Of a stretch of DNA of 33,747 nucleotides, positions 23,614 through 31,899 are shown in pieces. The DNA lies in the NCBI GenBank assembly GCA_020854015.1, contig JADZGG010000053.1, forward strand, positions 1 to 33,747, written 5' to 3'. Source of the DNA: Flavobacteriales bacterium. GTDB lineage: Bacteria > Bacteroidota > Bacteroidia > Flavobacteriales_F > PHOS-HE28. The stretch's first letter is position 1, and every line of letters begins with the position of its first letter. The position numbers were made by a program, and so were the translations under genes. Under the pieces are notes generated by a model. It saw nothing but the letters and a program-made list of their open reading frames with translations. It ran no database searches and was not told the DNA's origin.

Positions 23614-24027
23614 GTGGCCAAGTACCGATTGGACGAACCCGTGGACCCCGAAGTGATGCTCGTGGGCATCAGCAGTCATGTGAACGACTACAGGCTTTGC
23701 TGGGCCCTCAATCGTCAGTTGGGCATCAACCTGGTGCGTCGTGAGAAGGACATCGTGGAGCCGGGTGTGCGCACCGAGGCCCGCTTTGCCGTCTTCGATC
23801 ACACTGATGCGGATTCCAATGCCCGGTTCACCCTGGTGAACAACCACGGCGAGGACGCCATTCTGGTGAAGGAACAACGCATGGCCGATTTCTTCTTCGT
23901 GGTGGACCAGGCCGCAGCCCTGGATGTTTCCACACTGCTCGCCCAAGTGCGACAGAGCGAATTCGTGCTCGCTGCTTTTCCCATACAGATCCAGGACCTG
24001 CGCGCCGGTCACAAACTGCTCCAATGA
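23614..24027 (+). CDS. IPExxxVDY-family-like protein (Bacteroidota-specific, function unknown)
   Basis: Probable GTG start at 23614 ((M)AKYRLDEPVDPEVMLVGISSHVNDYRLCWALNRQLGINL...). The position between rnc and pyk is as I recall for this family. The stop overlaps the pyk start (ATGA at 24024-24027). The track ORF starts at 23539. Confidence 0.7.
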   Translation: MAKYRLDEPVDPEVMLVGISSHVNDYRLCWALNRQLGINLVRREKDIVEPGVRTEARFAVFDHTDADSNARFTLVNNHGEDAILVKEQRMADFFFVVDQAAALDVSTLLAQVRQSEFVLAAFPIQIQDLRAGHKLLQ

Positions 24028-25454
24028 ACCTTATGACCGACCCCAAGACCAAGATCGTGGCCACCATCGGCCCGGCCAGCGCACCCATCGACGTGCTCCG
24101 CGAGCTCATCCGCAATGGCATGGATGTGGCACGCCTCAATTTCAGTCATGGCTCCTATGAGTTCTACACGGAGCTGATCGCCAACATCCGCAAGCTCAAC
24201 GAGGAGCTGGGCATCCACACGGCCATTCTCGCTGATCTGCAAGGCCCCAAGTTGCGCGTGGGCGAAATGGAGAACGGCCCCATCGAACTGGTGGACGGTA
24301 GCGAACTGGTGATCACCACCGAACCAGTGAAGGGTCGTCCTGGATTGGTGAGCACGACCTACGCGCAATTTCCGCAGGATGTGAAGAAGGGAGAGATGGC
24401 CCTGTTGGATGATGGCAAGCTCCGCCTGGAGGTGATCGAGACCGACGGCAAGACGCGCGTGGTCACCCGGGTGATCAACGGCTGCATGCTCAGCGCCAAC
24501 AAGGGACTCAACCTGCCGAACACCAAAGTGAGCCTGCCCTGCCTCACGGAAAAGGACCTGAAGGACCTCGATTTCGCACTGGAGCAGAACGTGGATTGGG
24601 TAGGCCTGAGCTTCGTGCGCAGCGCCCGCGACATCATCGAGCTCAAGGGCATCATTCGTTCGCAGGACAAGCACGCACGGGTGGTGGCCAAGATCGAGAA
24701 GCCTGAAGCCCTGCTGGAGATCGACGACATCATCCGTGAGAGCGATGCGCTCATGGTGGCCCGAGGTGATCTGGGTGTGGAGATCCCGATGGAGAAGGTG
24801 CCCTTGATCCAGAAGGACATCATCCGCCGCTGCCTGGCCATGCACCGCCCCGTGATCGTGGCCACGCAGATGATGGAGAGCATGATCACCAACATCACCC
24901 CCACACGCGCCGAAGTGAACGACGTGGCCAACGCCGTGCTTGACCATGCGGATGCCGTGATGCTCAGCGCTGAGACCAGCGTGGGCAAACACCCCGTGGA
25001 GGTGGTGAAGGCCATGAACCGGATCCTGGTCGAGATGGAAACGGCTGACGGCATGTACAATGTGGCCAACCCACCGCTCGAGAGCAATGATCGCACGATC
25101 AGCGATGCCATCAGCATCGCCGCTGTGCGCATGACCGAGGCCATGCCCGTGAAGGCGATCGTGACCATGACCCACAGTGGGTACACGGCGTTCAAGATCA
25201 GCAGCATGCGGCCCCGGGCCAACATCTACGCCTTCACCAGCAACCCGAGCATCCTGTGCATGCTGAACTTGGTGTGGGGTGTGCGCGCGCACTTCTACGA
25301 CAAGACCGTGAGCACCGACCACACCATCGCCGACATCAAGCACCTGCTCCGCAAAAAGGACCACGTGCAGAAAGGTGATCTGGTGATCAACATCGCCAGC
25401 ATGCCCATCGCCGAGAAAGGCATGGCCAACATGCTGAAGTTGAGTCCGGCATAG
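24024..25454 (+). CDS. pyk: Pyruvate kinase
   Basis: 476 aa with the TKIVATIGPAS, ARLNFSHG and MVARGDLGVEIP motifs. Confidence 0.97.
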   Translation: MNLMTDPKTKIVATIGPASAPIDVLRELIRNGMDVARLNFSHGSYEFYTELIANIRKLNEELGIHTAILADLQGPKLRVGEMENGPIELVDGSELVITTEPVKGRPGLVSTTYAQFPQDVKKGEMALLDDGKLRLEVIETDGKTRVVTRVINGCMLSANKGLNLPNTKVSLPCLTEKDLKDLDFALEQNVDWVGLSFVRSARDIIELKGIIRSQDKHARVVAKIEKPEALLEIDDIIRESDALMVARGDLGVEIPMEKVPLIQKDIIRRCLAMHRPVIVATQMMESMITNITPTRAEVNDVANAVLDHADAVMLSAETSVGKHPVEVVKAMNRILVEMETADGMYNVANPPLESNDRTISDAISIAAVRMTEAMPVKAIVTMTHSGYTAFKISSMRPRANIYAFTSNPSILCMLNLVWGVRAHFYDKTVSTDHTIADIKHLLRKKDHVQKGDLVINIASMPIAEKGMANMLKLSPA

Positions 25455-25474
25455 AACGACCTTGTTCGATCCGC

Positions 25475-26221
25475 ATGAACGAAAAGGACTGGGACCGGAC
25501 AGCTGCGACCTTCGATGAGGACGTATTCAACGTGCCTGCGAACGACCGCCAGGGCCTGATCCTGCGCAGCATCCGGCGGTATGCCGGCAAGGACAAGGTG
25601 GCCGCCGACCTAGGCTGTGGCATCGGGCGTACCGTGAAGATGCTGGCCTCCCATTTCGGCACCGTTCACGCCGTGGACTTTTCCAGTGAATGCCTGGCTG
25701 TGGCAGAGCGCGATCATCCCGAGCTGAACAACGTGAGCTATCATCATGTTGATCTTGCCGAGGAGCCGGTGTCTTTCGGTCCGGTGGATCTGGTGCTCTG
25801 CATCAACGCTTGGCTGATGCATCCGCCGGATAAGCGTGTGGCCATGGTCGGCCACGTGCTCAACGTGGTGAAGCCAGGGGGACACTTGGTGTTGGTGACA
25901 CCCGCACTGGAGTCTGCCTTGTTCGCCACGCATCGCCTCGTGCGCTGGAACCTGGAGCAGGGCCATTCCCCCAAGGTCGCGCAGCAGAAGGCTTCACGCG
26001 ACATGAGCGCGATCGACATGGGCATCGTGATGATCGATGGCGTGGCCACGAAGCACTACTTGAAGGAAGAGCTGGAGGACGTGCTGACCATGCACGGCCT
26101 GAACGTGCTCGAATGCCATAAGCTGGAGTACCCGTGGAGCCGTGTGTTCCAAGACCCGCCGGGCTGGATGGGTGCGCCCTATCCATGGAACTGGCTGGTT
26201 GTGGCGGAGCGGCCTGCTTGA
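25475..26221 (+). CDS. Class I SAM-dependent methyltransferase
   Basis: 248 aa. Motif I is AADLGCGIGR, followed by post-I/II spacing typical of Rossmann-fold methyltransferases. The substrate is not inferable. Confidence 0.85.
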   Translation: MNEKDWDRTAATFDEDVFNVPANDRQGLILRSIRRYAGKDKVAADLGCGIGRTVKMLASHFGTVHAVDFSSECLAVAERDHPELNNVSYHHVDLAEEPVSFGPVDLVLCINAWLMHPPDKRVAMVGHVLNVVKPGGHLVLVTPALESALFATHRLVRWNLEQGHSPKVAQQKASRDMSAIDMGIVMIDGVATKHYLKEELEDVLTMHGLNVLECHKLEYPWSRVFQDPPGWMGAPYPWNWLVVAERPA

Positions 26222-26228
26222 ACGCGAG

Positions 26229-26747
26229 ATGAAACGGCTGGTGTCCTTCCTGCTAACGCTGGTCTTGTTGCCGTTGATCGCCGGCTTTTACGGTGCGCTG
26301 CACGATCAGCTGAGCTTCACCATCGCACCGGAGTATTTCACACGTTTCAAGTACGATCAGTTCGGATTCGAGCCTGCTTGGTTCGGCGGTCATCGGCCCA
26401 CCGTCGCGGTCATCGGCTTCCTGGCCACCTGGTGGGTCGGCTTGCTGATGGCCTTGTTCATCGCACCGCTCGCCCTCATGTTCAAGGACCCTGCCCGAAT
26501 GCGGAAAGAGATCTTCCGAGCCACCAGCATCACGCTGGGGATCGCTGTGCTGAGCGGGCTGATGGGTTTGGCTTATGGCTGGTCGTTGGACCGTGTTCCG
26601 AACGGTTGGTACCTGCCGGTCGGCCTCACGTACCCGCAAGCCTTCTTGGCCGTGGGCAGCCTGCACAACTTCGGCTACGCGGGAGGCGTGATCGGGCTCT
26701 GTGTGGCTGTGGCGGTAATGGTGTGGCGGAGGCAGCGGATGGCTTAA
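26229..26747 (+). CDS. Integral membrane protein (about 4 TM), function unknown
   Basis: ATG at 26229 (MKRLVSFLLTLVLLPLIAGFYGALHDQLSF...). Its stop TAA shares the palindrome TTAA (26744-26747) with the convergent gene's stop. Confidence 0.65.
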   Translation: MKRLVSFLLTLVLLPLIAGFYGALHDQLSFTIAPEYFTRFKYDQFGFEPAWFGGHRPTVAVIGFLATWWVGLLMALFIAPLALMFKDPARMRKEIFRATSITLGIAVLSGLMGLAYGWSLDRVPNGWYLPVGLTYPQAFLAVGSLHNFGYAGGVIGLCVAVAVMVWRRQRMA

Positions 26748-28039
26748 GCCTTCATCTTTCTTCCGAGCACAAGGTCCATATAGAAGCCGGGCTTCTTCAG
26801 TCGCTCGCGTAGGTCCAGGTCGGTGAACATGCTGCTGATGGTGTCGGCGAGCGCAGGGTTCTTCGTGGCCCGCTCCACTACGAAGTCGAAGAGCCAGGCT
26901 TGGTGGGCGAGCTGCTGCAAGCGCGTGCTGATGGTGAGCTCTTTGCCCAAGCGATTCCACACGCGTTCATCATAGGAGCGGAGAAAAGAGGCTTTCGTGC
27001 GACCGGCTTGCAGTGCTTCCGCAGCCACATTCGCCGCATGCACCCCACTGATCATCGCATGGCTGATGCCTTCACCCGTGAACGGGTCGATCAGGTGGCC
27101 GGCATCACCGATCAGCAGGTAGCCATCGCCACTGAGCGGGTGCCGCTTGCTGGCGAGCGGGAGCCCCAGGCCCTGCACAGAGCCCTCCAGTTCCGCATGA
27201 GTGAACCGGTCCTTAAGCGTAGGGTGGGTGCTCACCAGCCGGAGCAGTTCAGCCTTCAGGTCCAACCGCCGCTCCCGCACATGGTCGCTGCGTAGACCGA
27301 GGCCCACGTTGGCACGCCCATCCGGTAGATGGAAGATCCAGAGGTAACCAGGCACAAGCTCCTTCAGGAAATGCAGCTCGATGAACCCCTGCGGGTCGAG
27401 GCCCTGTATGCCCCGGTAGTAGGCGCGGACACCTGCAGCGTGGTGCTTCGGGTCCATGGGCAGCCCGGCCACGTGGCGCGCGAAGGCGCTGTTGGCGCCG
27501 TCGGCTGCGAGGATCAGCTTGCAGGTGGCTTTTCGACTCCGCTCAGGGCCATTCCCGTGGAGGTCGATGCGCCAACCTTCCCCCGTGCGTTCGAAGTTCT
27601 TGGCCTGCACGCCCTCTAGCACTTGAACATGGCCGTTGCGTTTCACCGCATCGAAAAGGATCGCGTCGAAGTCTAAGCGGGGCAGGATGGCGCCGGGTGC
27701 TTCTCCGATGCCGGTCTCCCGACTGAAGGGCACGCGCAAGGCCTTTCCGCCCGGAGCCACGAAGGTGACGCCCCAGCTTGGCATGCGGTGGGCATCGGCG
27801 TTCACCCGTTCGGCCAGCGTAGGGTCGAGACGCTCCAACGTTCGCATCACCTTTCCGCTGAGCGCGTCGCCACAGACCTTGTCCCGAGGGAAGGTGGCCC
27901 TCTCGATCAAGGTCGTGCGCACACCGTGCTTCGCGAGCTGCAAAGCCGCCGCACATCCCCCAGGCCCGCCACCGATGATGCAGATGTCCGTCCCGATCGC
28001 TTCTTGCGGCGATGCGGAGGAATGCAGGTCTTCGCTCAT
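26744..28039 (-). CDS. FAD-dependent oxidoreductase, geranylgeranyl reductase family
   Basis: 431 aa. Dinucleotide-binding DICIIGGGPGGCAAA...ERATFPRDKVCGDAL and C-terminal GDAGHLIDPFTGEGI. Confidence 0.88.
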   Translation of the reverse strand: MSEDLHSSASPQEAIGTDICIIGGGPGGCAAALQLAKHGVRTTLIERATFPRDKVCGDALSGKVMRTLERLDPTLAERVNADAHRMPSWGVTFVAPGGKALRVPFSRETGIGEAPGAILPRLDFDAILFDAVKRNGHVQVLEGVQAKNFERTGEGWRIDLHGNGPERSRKATCKLILAADGANSAFARHVAGLPMDPKHHAAGVRAYYRGIQGLDPQGFIELHFLKELVPGYLWIFHLPDGRANVGLGLRSDHVRERRLDLKAELLRLVSTHPTLKDRFTHAELEGSVQGLGLPLASKRHPLSGDGYLLIGDAGHLIDPFTGEGISHAMISGVHAANVAAEALQAGRTKASFLRSYDERVWNRLGKELTISTRLQQLAHQAWLFDFVVERATKNPALADTISSMFTDLDLRERLKKPGFYMDLVLGRKMKA

Positions 28040-28072
28040 TCCCTTTGCGTCTTTGCGCCGTTGCGTTCCCCC

Positions 28073-29110
28073 TTAGCTACGGAACGCGTCCGCGCTGAAC
28101 TGCTCCAGGAAGCGCACGTCGTTCTCCCAGTACAGGCGCAGGTCCGGCACGCGGTACAGCAGCTGTGCGATGCGCTCCACGCCCATGCCGAAGGCGAAGC
28201 CGCTGTATACCTCGGGATCGATGTTGCAGTTGCTGAGCACCGCCGGGTCGACCATGCCGCAGCCCATGATCTCCACCCAGCCGCTGTGCTTGCACACCGT
28301 GCAGCCGCTGCCACTGCAGATGGAGCAGCTCATGTCCACCTCGGCGCTCGGCTCAGTGAAGGGGAAGTAGCTAGGGCGCATGCGGATGCTTACGTCCGGG
28401 CCGAACATCGTCTTGGCGAAATAGTCGAGCGTGCCCTTGAGCTCCGCGAAACTCACGCCCTTATCCACGTAGAGCCCCTCCACCTGATGGAACATGCAGT
28501 GGGCACGGGCGCTGATGGCCTCGTTGCGGTACACCCGCCCGGGGCTGATGGTGCGGATCGGGGGCTTGTTGTGCTCCATCACGCGCACCTGCACGCTGCT
28601 GGTGTGGGTGCGTAATGCGAACTGTCCAGCTCCTTCCACGAAGAAGGTGTCCTGCATGTCGCGCGCTGGATGGTCGGGCGGAAAGTTGAGCGCGCTGAAG
28701 TTGTGGTGGTCGTCCTCCACCTCAGGACCCTGGCTTACGGTGAAGCCGATCCTGGCGAAGGTGTCCACGATGCGCTGACGCACCACAGTGATGGGATGCA
28801 GAGAGCCGGCAGCATCGATCGCGGCCGGACGGGTCGGGTCGACTGCATCAACAGCTGCGGAGGAAGCCGAGGCGCTGTTCGCTTTCAGCTCTTCCCAACG
28901 GGCCTGGGCGCTCTGCTTCAGCTGATTGAGGCGCTGTCCCAAGGCGCGCTTCTCCTCGGAGGCCACTTGCTTGAAGTCCTCGAAGAGGGCGGTAACGGAG
29001 CCATTGCGGCCCAGCATGGCCACACGGAAGCGCTCCACCTCGTCCGTGGTGCGGGCAGCTGCGGTGCGAACCTCTTCCTCGAGGGCCGCGATGCGTTCGG
29101 TCAGGCTCAT
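28073..29110 (-). CDS. pheS: Phenylalanine--tRNA ligase alpha subunit
   Basis: ATG at 29110 (MSLTERIAALEEEV...) overlaps the PPIase stop as ATGA. Class II motifs HPARDMQDTFF, FPFTEPSAEVD and GFAFGMGVERI are present. Confidence 0.96.
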   Translation of the reverse strand: MSLTERIAALEEEVRTAAARTTDEVERFRVAMLGRNGSVTALFEDFKQVASEEKRALGQRLNQLKQSAQARWEELKANSASASSAAVDAVDPTRPAAIDAAGSLHPITVVRQRIVDTFARIGFTVSQGPEVEDDHHNFSALNFPPDHPARDMQDTFFVEGAGQFALRTHTSSVQVRVMEHNKPPIRTISPGRVYRNEAISARAHCMFHQVEGLYVDKGVSFAELKGTLDYFAKTMFGPDVSIRMRPSYFPFTEPSAEVDMSCSICSGSGCTVCKHSGWVEIMGCGMVDPAVLSNCNIDPEVYSGFAFGMGVERIAQLLYRVPDLRLYWENDVRFLEQFSADAFRS

Positions 29111-29808
29111 TTCACCACCTTCATCCACATGTGCACGTCCTGCACCGGACGATCGCCGGGGGCGGTGGGAACAGCGGCGATCTTGTCGATCACATCAAGC
29201 CCCTCGACCACTTCACCGAACACAGTGTATTCACCGTCCAAGTGGGGGGTGCCACCAACCTTAGTGTAGGCTTCGATCTGTTCCGGCGTGTAGGAGAAAT
29301 CCTTGCCAGGGGCCATGGCCTGCTTGCGCTTCACCAGCATGTCAAGTTCCGCTGCGGTGTAGCTCTTGCCCTGCACTAGGTAGAACTGGCTGCCGCTGCT
29401 GGCTTTCAAGGGGTTCACCTGATCACCTTGACGCGCGGCCGAAAGCACGCCCTTTTTATGGATGAAGGCCTTATTGATCTCAGCTGGGACCGTGTAACCC
29501 GGGCCTCCACTGCCAAGGGGCTGTCCGGGCTTGGCGCGCTTGCTGTCCGGATCGCCGCCCTGCACCATGAATTGTGGGATCACCCGATGCCAAAGGAGGC
29601 TGTCGTAGGTGTGCTCCTTCACCAGCTTGAGAAAATTGTCCCGGTGCTGGGGCGTTTCGTTGTACAGTTCCACGACCATGGTGCCTAACTCGGTCCGGAT
29701 CTCCACCCGACTGCGCTTCTCGGAGCCTTTTTGGGCCGAGGTCAGCAGGGGGAGGCTCAGGAATGCCAGTGTGGTGGCGAGCGTGACAAGGGTGCGTTGC
29801 GCGTTCAT
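29107..29808 (-). CDS. Cyclophilin-type peptidyl-prolyl cis-trans isomerase, secreted
   Basis: ATG at 29808 gives the signal peptide MNAQRTLVTLATTLAFLSLPLLTSAQ. The cyclophilin core is WHRVIPQFMVQGGDP...GSQFYLV. Confidence 0.92.
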   Translation of the reverse strand: MNAQRTLVTLATTLAFLSLPLLTSAQKGSEKRSRVEIRTELGTMVVELYNETPQHRDNFLKLVKEHTYDSLLWHRVIPQFMVQGGDPDSKRAKPGQPLGSGGPGYTVPAEINKAFIHKKGVLSAARQGDQVNPLKASSGSQFYLVQGKSYTAAELDMLVKRKQAMAPGKDFSYTPEQIEAYTKVGGTPHLDGEYTVFGEVVEGLDVIDKIAAVPTAPGDRPVQDVHMWMKVVK

Positions 29809-29828
29809 CTGGGGCTTTGTTACATTTG
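29797..29828 (+). promoter_or_regulatory. Bacteroidota-type promoter for the lipoprotein gene at 29882 (-7 TACATTTG)
   Basis: TTG at 29797-29799, a 21-nt spacer, then an exact TAnnTTTG at 29821-29828. Confidence 0.4.
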
Positions 29829-29857
29829 AAGTCCTGTCGGCCTTGCAACAAGGCTGC

Positions 29858-29865
29858 CAAAAGTA
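29858..29865 (-). promoter_or_regulatory. Candidate -7 box (TACTTTTG on the minus strand) for the PPIase-pheS-reductase operon
   Basis: The plus strand reads CAAAAGTA at 29858-29865, which is TACTTTTG on the minus strand, about 50 nt upstream of the PPIase ATG. I saw no clear -33 TTG. Confidence 0.35.
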
Positions 29866-29881
29866 ACCAACCATCCGACCG

Positions 29882-30262
29882 ATGCGCCTCAGCTCCTTCC
29901 GCCTGCTTACCCTGGTGGTTACCGCTGCGCTCTTCGCGGCCTGCAACAAGGAAAAGCCCACCACGGCCATCATCACCATCCAGGATGAGAGCGGTGCGCC
30001 TATTCCGGAGGCTTACGTGAAGCTGTACGCGAACCCGACCTATCCCATCGGAGACCCCTCCCGACTGACGCAGGAGAAAATGACCGATGCAGCAGGACCG
30101 GCCTCGTTCGACTACACCGACTTCTACAAGCAGGGCCAGGCCGGGTTCGCGGTCATGGACATTGTGAGCTTTAAGGACACCATGGTGGGCCAGGGCATCA
30201 TCAAGATCCTCGAGGAGGAGACCAACAACGAGACCGTGACGCTCGTGCCGGTTACGCCGTAG
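29882..30262 (+). CDS. Small lipoprotein, beta-sandwich-like, function unknown
   Basis: 126 aa. Lipoprotein signal MRLSSFRLLTLVVTAALFAAC, followed by TAIITIQDESGAPIPEAYVKLYANP..., reminiscent of carboxypeptidase-regulatory-like domains. Confidence 0.65.
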   Translation: MRLSSFRLLTLVVTAALFAACNKEKPTTAIITIQDESGAPIPEAYVKLYANPTYPIGDPSRLTQEKMTDAAGPASFDYTDFYKQGQAGFAVMDIVSFKDTMVGQGIIKILEEETNNETVTLVPVTP

Positions 30263-30324
30263 TCTTAGGCAAGATGTCCAGTGACAAGCGTCCAGCTGCG
30301 GTCCTGCGCCCTTAGGTCCCGCGC

Positions 30325-30657
30325 CTATGCGTGGTCGAAGTAGTCGAGCACAGCTTCCTTCATCAAGCGCTCCTGTTCCTTTTCATTGAGCGGCGGTAGA
30401 TCCTTCACGCGTTCGAAGTGTGGCCATCCGTCGGCGTCGCGCCCCAGCTCCTTGTAGTAGCCATAAGGCGCCAGGAGCACACAGATGGCGATGTGCATCA
30501 GCGCCACCTTCTCATCCTTCTTGAACTCGCGCGCATGTTGCCCGAGTTCCTGCACACCTACCAGAAAGATGATGCCGTTCAGGTCCACTGGTCCGCCGAA
30601 GCGCTGTTCCAGGGTCTTCAATAGATCGCGCCAGCGCTTTTCGAACGTAAGGTCCAA
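30325..30657 (-). CDS. Conserved hypothetical cytoplasmic protein (110 aa)
   Basis: TTG start at 30657. The sequence ...IIFLVGVQELGQHAREFKKDEKVALMHIAICVLLAPYGYY...DGWPHFE... resembles, from memory, a family I believe is widespread in Bacteroidota. Function is unknown. Confidence 0.6.
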   Translation of the reverse strand: MDLTFEKRWRDLLKTLEQRFGGPVDLNGIIFLVGVQELGQHAREFKKDEKVALMHIAICVLLAPYGYYKELGRDADGWPHFERVKDLPPLNEKEQERLMKEAVLDYFDHA

Positions 30658-30769
30658 AGGGGAGAGGAGTGTGGAAATGGAAGAATGTGGAAATACGGGT
30701 TCGGCCGGTGGGCAAAGATGCGTCGCACCAATTTCACATCTTCACATTCCCTCATTGCACATTGTCCTT

Positions 30770-31297
30770 ATGAACTGGCTCGACTGGACCTTGCTCATTC
30801 TCCTGGCCTTCGCGGCCTTTCAAGGCTTTACGCATGGCTTCGTCCGTGAGGTGGCCGCGTTGGTGGCCTGGGTGGCGGGCATCTGGGCGGGCATCCACCT
30901 GAACGACCGTGTGGCGGGTTGGATCGGGCTTGACCCGGAACAGGAGGCCGTCTCCTTTTTGGTCACTTTTCTGATCGTGCTCGCTGCGGTCCAACTTCTA
31001 GGACGTGCGCTCACCGCGGCCATTGATGCTGCACAGCTCAGCCTTCCCAACAAGCTTGCAGGGGTGTTCTTCGGAGTGCTGCGGAAGGCCTTTGTGCTGA
31101 GCGTGCTGCTCAACATCATCTTCGCCAAGGAGGCAGCCACATGGACGCCCGACAAGGCGACCCGCGAAGGATCGGCGCTTTACGCCCCGATCAGGGACTT
31201 TGCGCCCATGGTCGTGCCGGCTTTGGGTGAAACGAAATGGGTCCGGAAAGCTGTGGACCGTGTTCAAGAGGAAATGAAGACCGCCGCAGAGGATTGA
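30770..31297 (+). CDS. cvpA: CvpA-family membrane protein
   Basis: ATG at 30770 (MNWLDWTLLILLAFAAFQGFTHGFVREVAALVAWVAGIW...), the typical CvpA N-terminus, with about 4 TM. The upstream part of the track ORF (from 30485) is antisense to the previous gene. Confidence 0.85.
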   Translation: MNWLDWTLLILLAFAAFQGFTHGFVREVAALVAWVAGIWAGIHLNDRVAGWIGLDPEQEAVSFLVTFLIVLAAVQLLGRALTAAIDAAQLSLPNKLAGVFFGVLRKAFVLSVLLNIIFAKEAATWTPDKATREGSALYAPIRDFAPMVVPALGETKWVRKAVDRVQEEMKTAAED

Positions 31298-31321
31298 GCG
31301 GCACCAAGAGCTGAACAAGCC

Positions 31322-31771
31322 TCAAACGGCCTTCTTCACGCGCACAGCGTTCATGCCCTTCATACCGCGCTCCACTTCGAAGGAGACCTTGTCGTTCTCG
31401 CCGATCTCCTCCATCAGGCCGCTCACGTGCACGAAGAAACGCTCTTGTGTACCGGCCTCTTTGATGAAGCCGAAGCCTTTGGAACTGTCAAAGAAATCCA
31501 CCCGACCGATGCGCTCAGCGGGGACCTCTTCGGCCACCTTCTTGGGAACACCAAGCTCGATGCTCTCCGCGTCGATCTCCTTGCGCTTGGATGGATCAGG
31601 GGGCGTGCTGGTCAGCTGGCCGTTCTCGTCCACGTAGGCGATCATGCTCTCAAAGCTCGCCGTTCCCGCATTCGCCTTGCGCTCCTCCTTCTTGAGTTGC
31701 TTGTCCTCGCGCTTCTTGAGGCGTTGCTTTTCCTTCTCGCGCTTGTCGAATGTGGCTTTGGATCGGGCCAT
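31322..31771 (-). CDS. Cold-shock-domain protein with an ~85-aa Lys/Glu-rich N-terminal extension
   Basis: The C-terminal CSD has RNP1 KGFGFI and RNP2 FVHVS (GRVDFFDSSKGFGFIKEAGTQERFFVHVSGL). The N-terminus is MARSKATFDKREKEKQRLKKREDKQLKKEERK... Confidence 0.88.
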   Translation of the reverse strand: MARSKATFDKREKEKQRLKKREDKQLKKEERKANAGTASFESMIAYVDENGQLTSTPPDPSKRKEIDAESIELGVPKKVAEEVPAERIGRVDFFDSSKGFGFIKEAGTQERFFVHVSGLMEEIGENDKVSFEVERGMKGMNAVRVKKAV

Positions 31772-31899
31772 GCTTGGGCTGTTCTGGTGATGCCCGTCGG
31801 GTGCTCGGCGTCGACGTCAGCCTTCACGTGAAGACTCTCGTCGGGTTATCCACACCTGCGGACGTCGCGAAGGTAAGGCCTGCAAGGGGTCTGCGCGAG

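Noticed and set aside
22000-24024. A 674-codon minus-strand ORF spanning the 3' part of fabF plus rnc and the IPExxxVDY-like gene. Similar giants occur at 24009-25364, 2804-3769, 12978-14033, 9199-10224, 17070-18068, 10463-11365, 1777-2658, 27788-28615, 31750-32538, 3780-4511, 26253-26960 and 21109-21795.
   Set aside because: Each lies exactly antisense to a gene with unmistakable family motifs. fabF, rnc and the IPExxxVDY-like gene all share coordinate frame 1, and the 674-aa ORF is the codon-aligned antisense frame. In that frame stops arise only from the sense codons TTA, CTA and TCA, which I expect to be rare given the GC-rich third positions. It ends where pyk changes frame. The translations are H/G/A/V/L/R-rich with no recognisable motifs.
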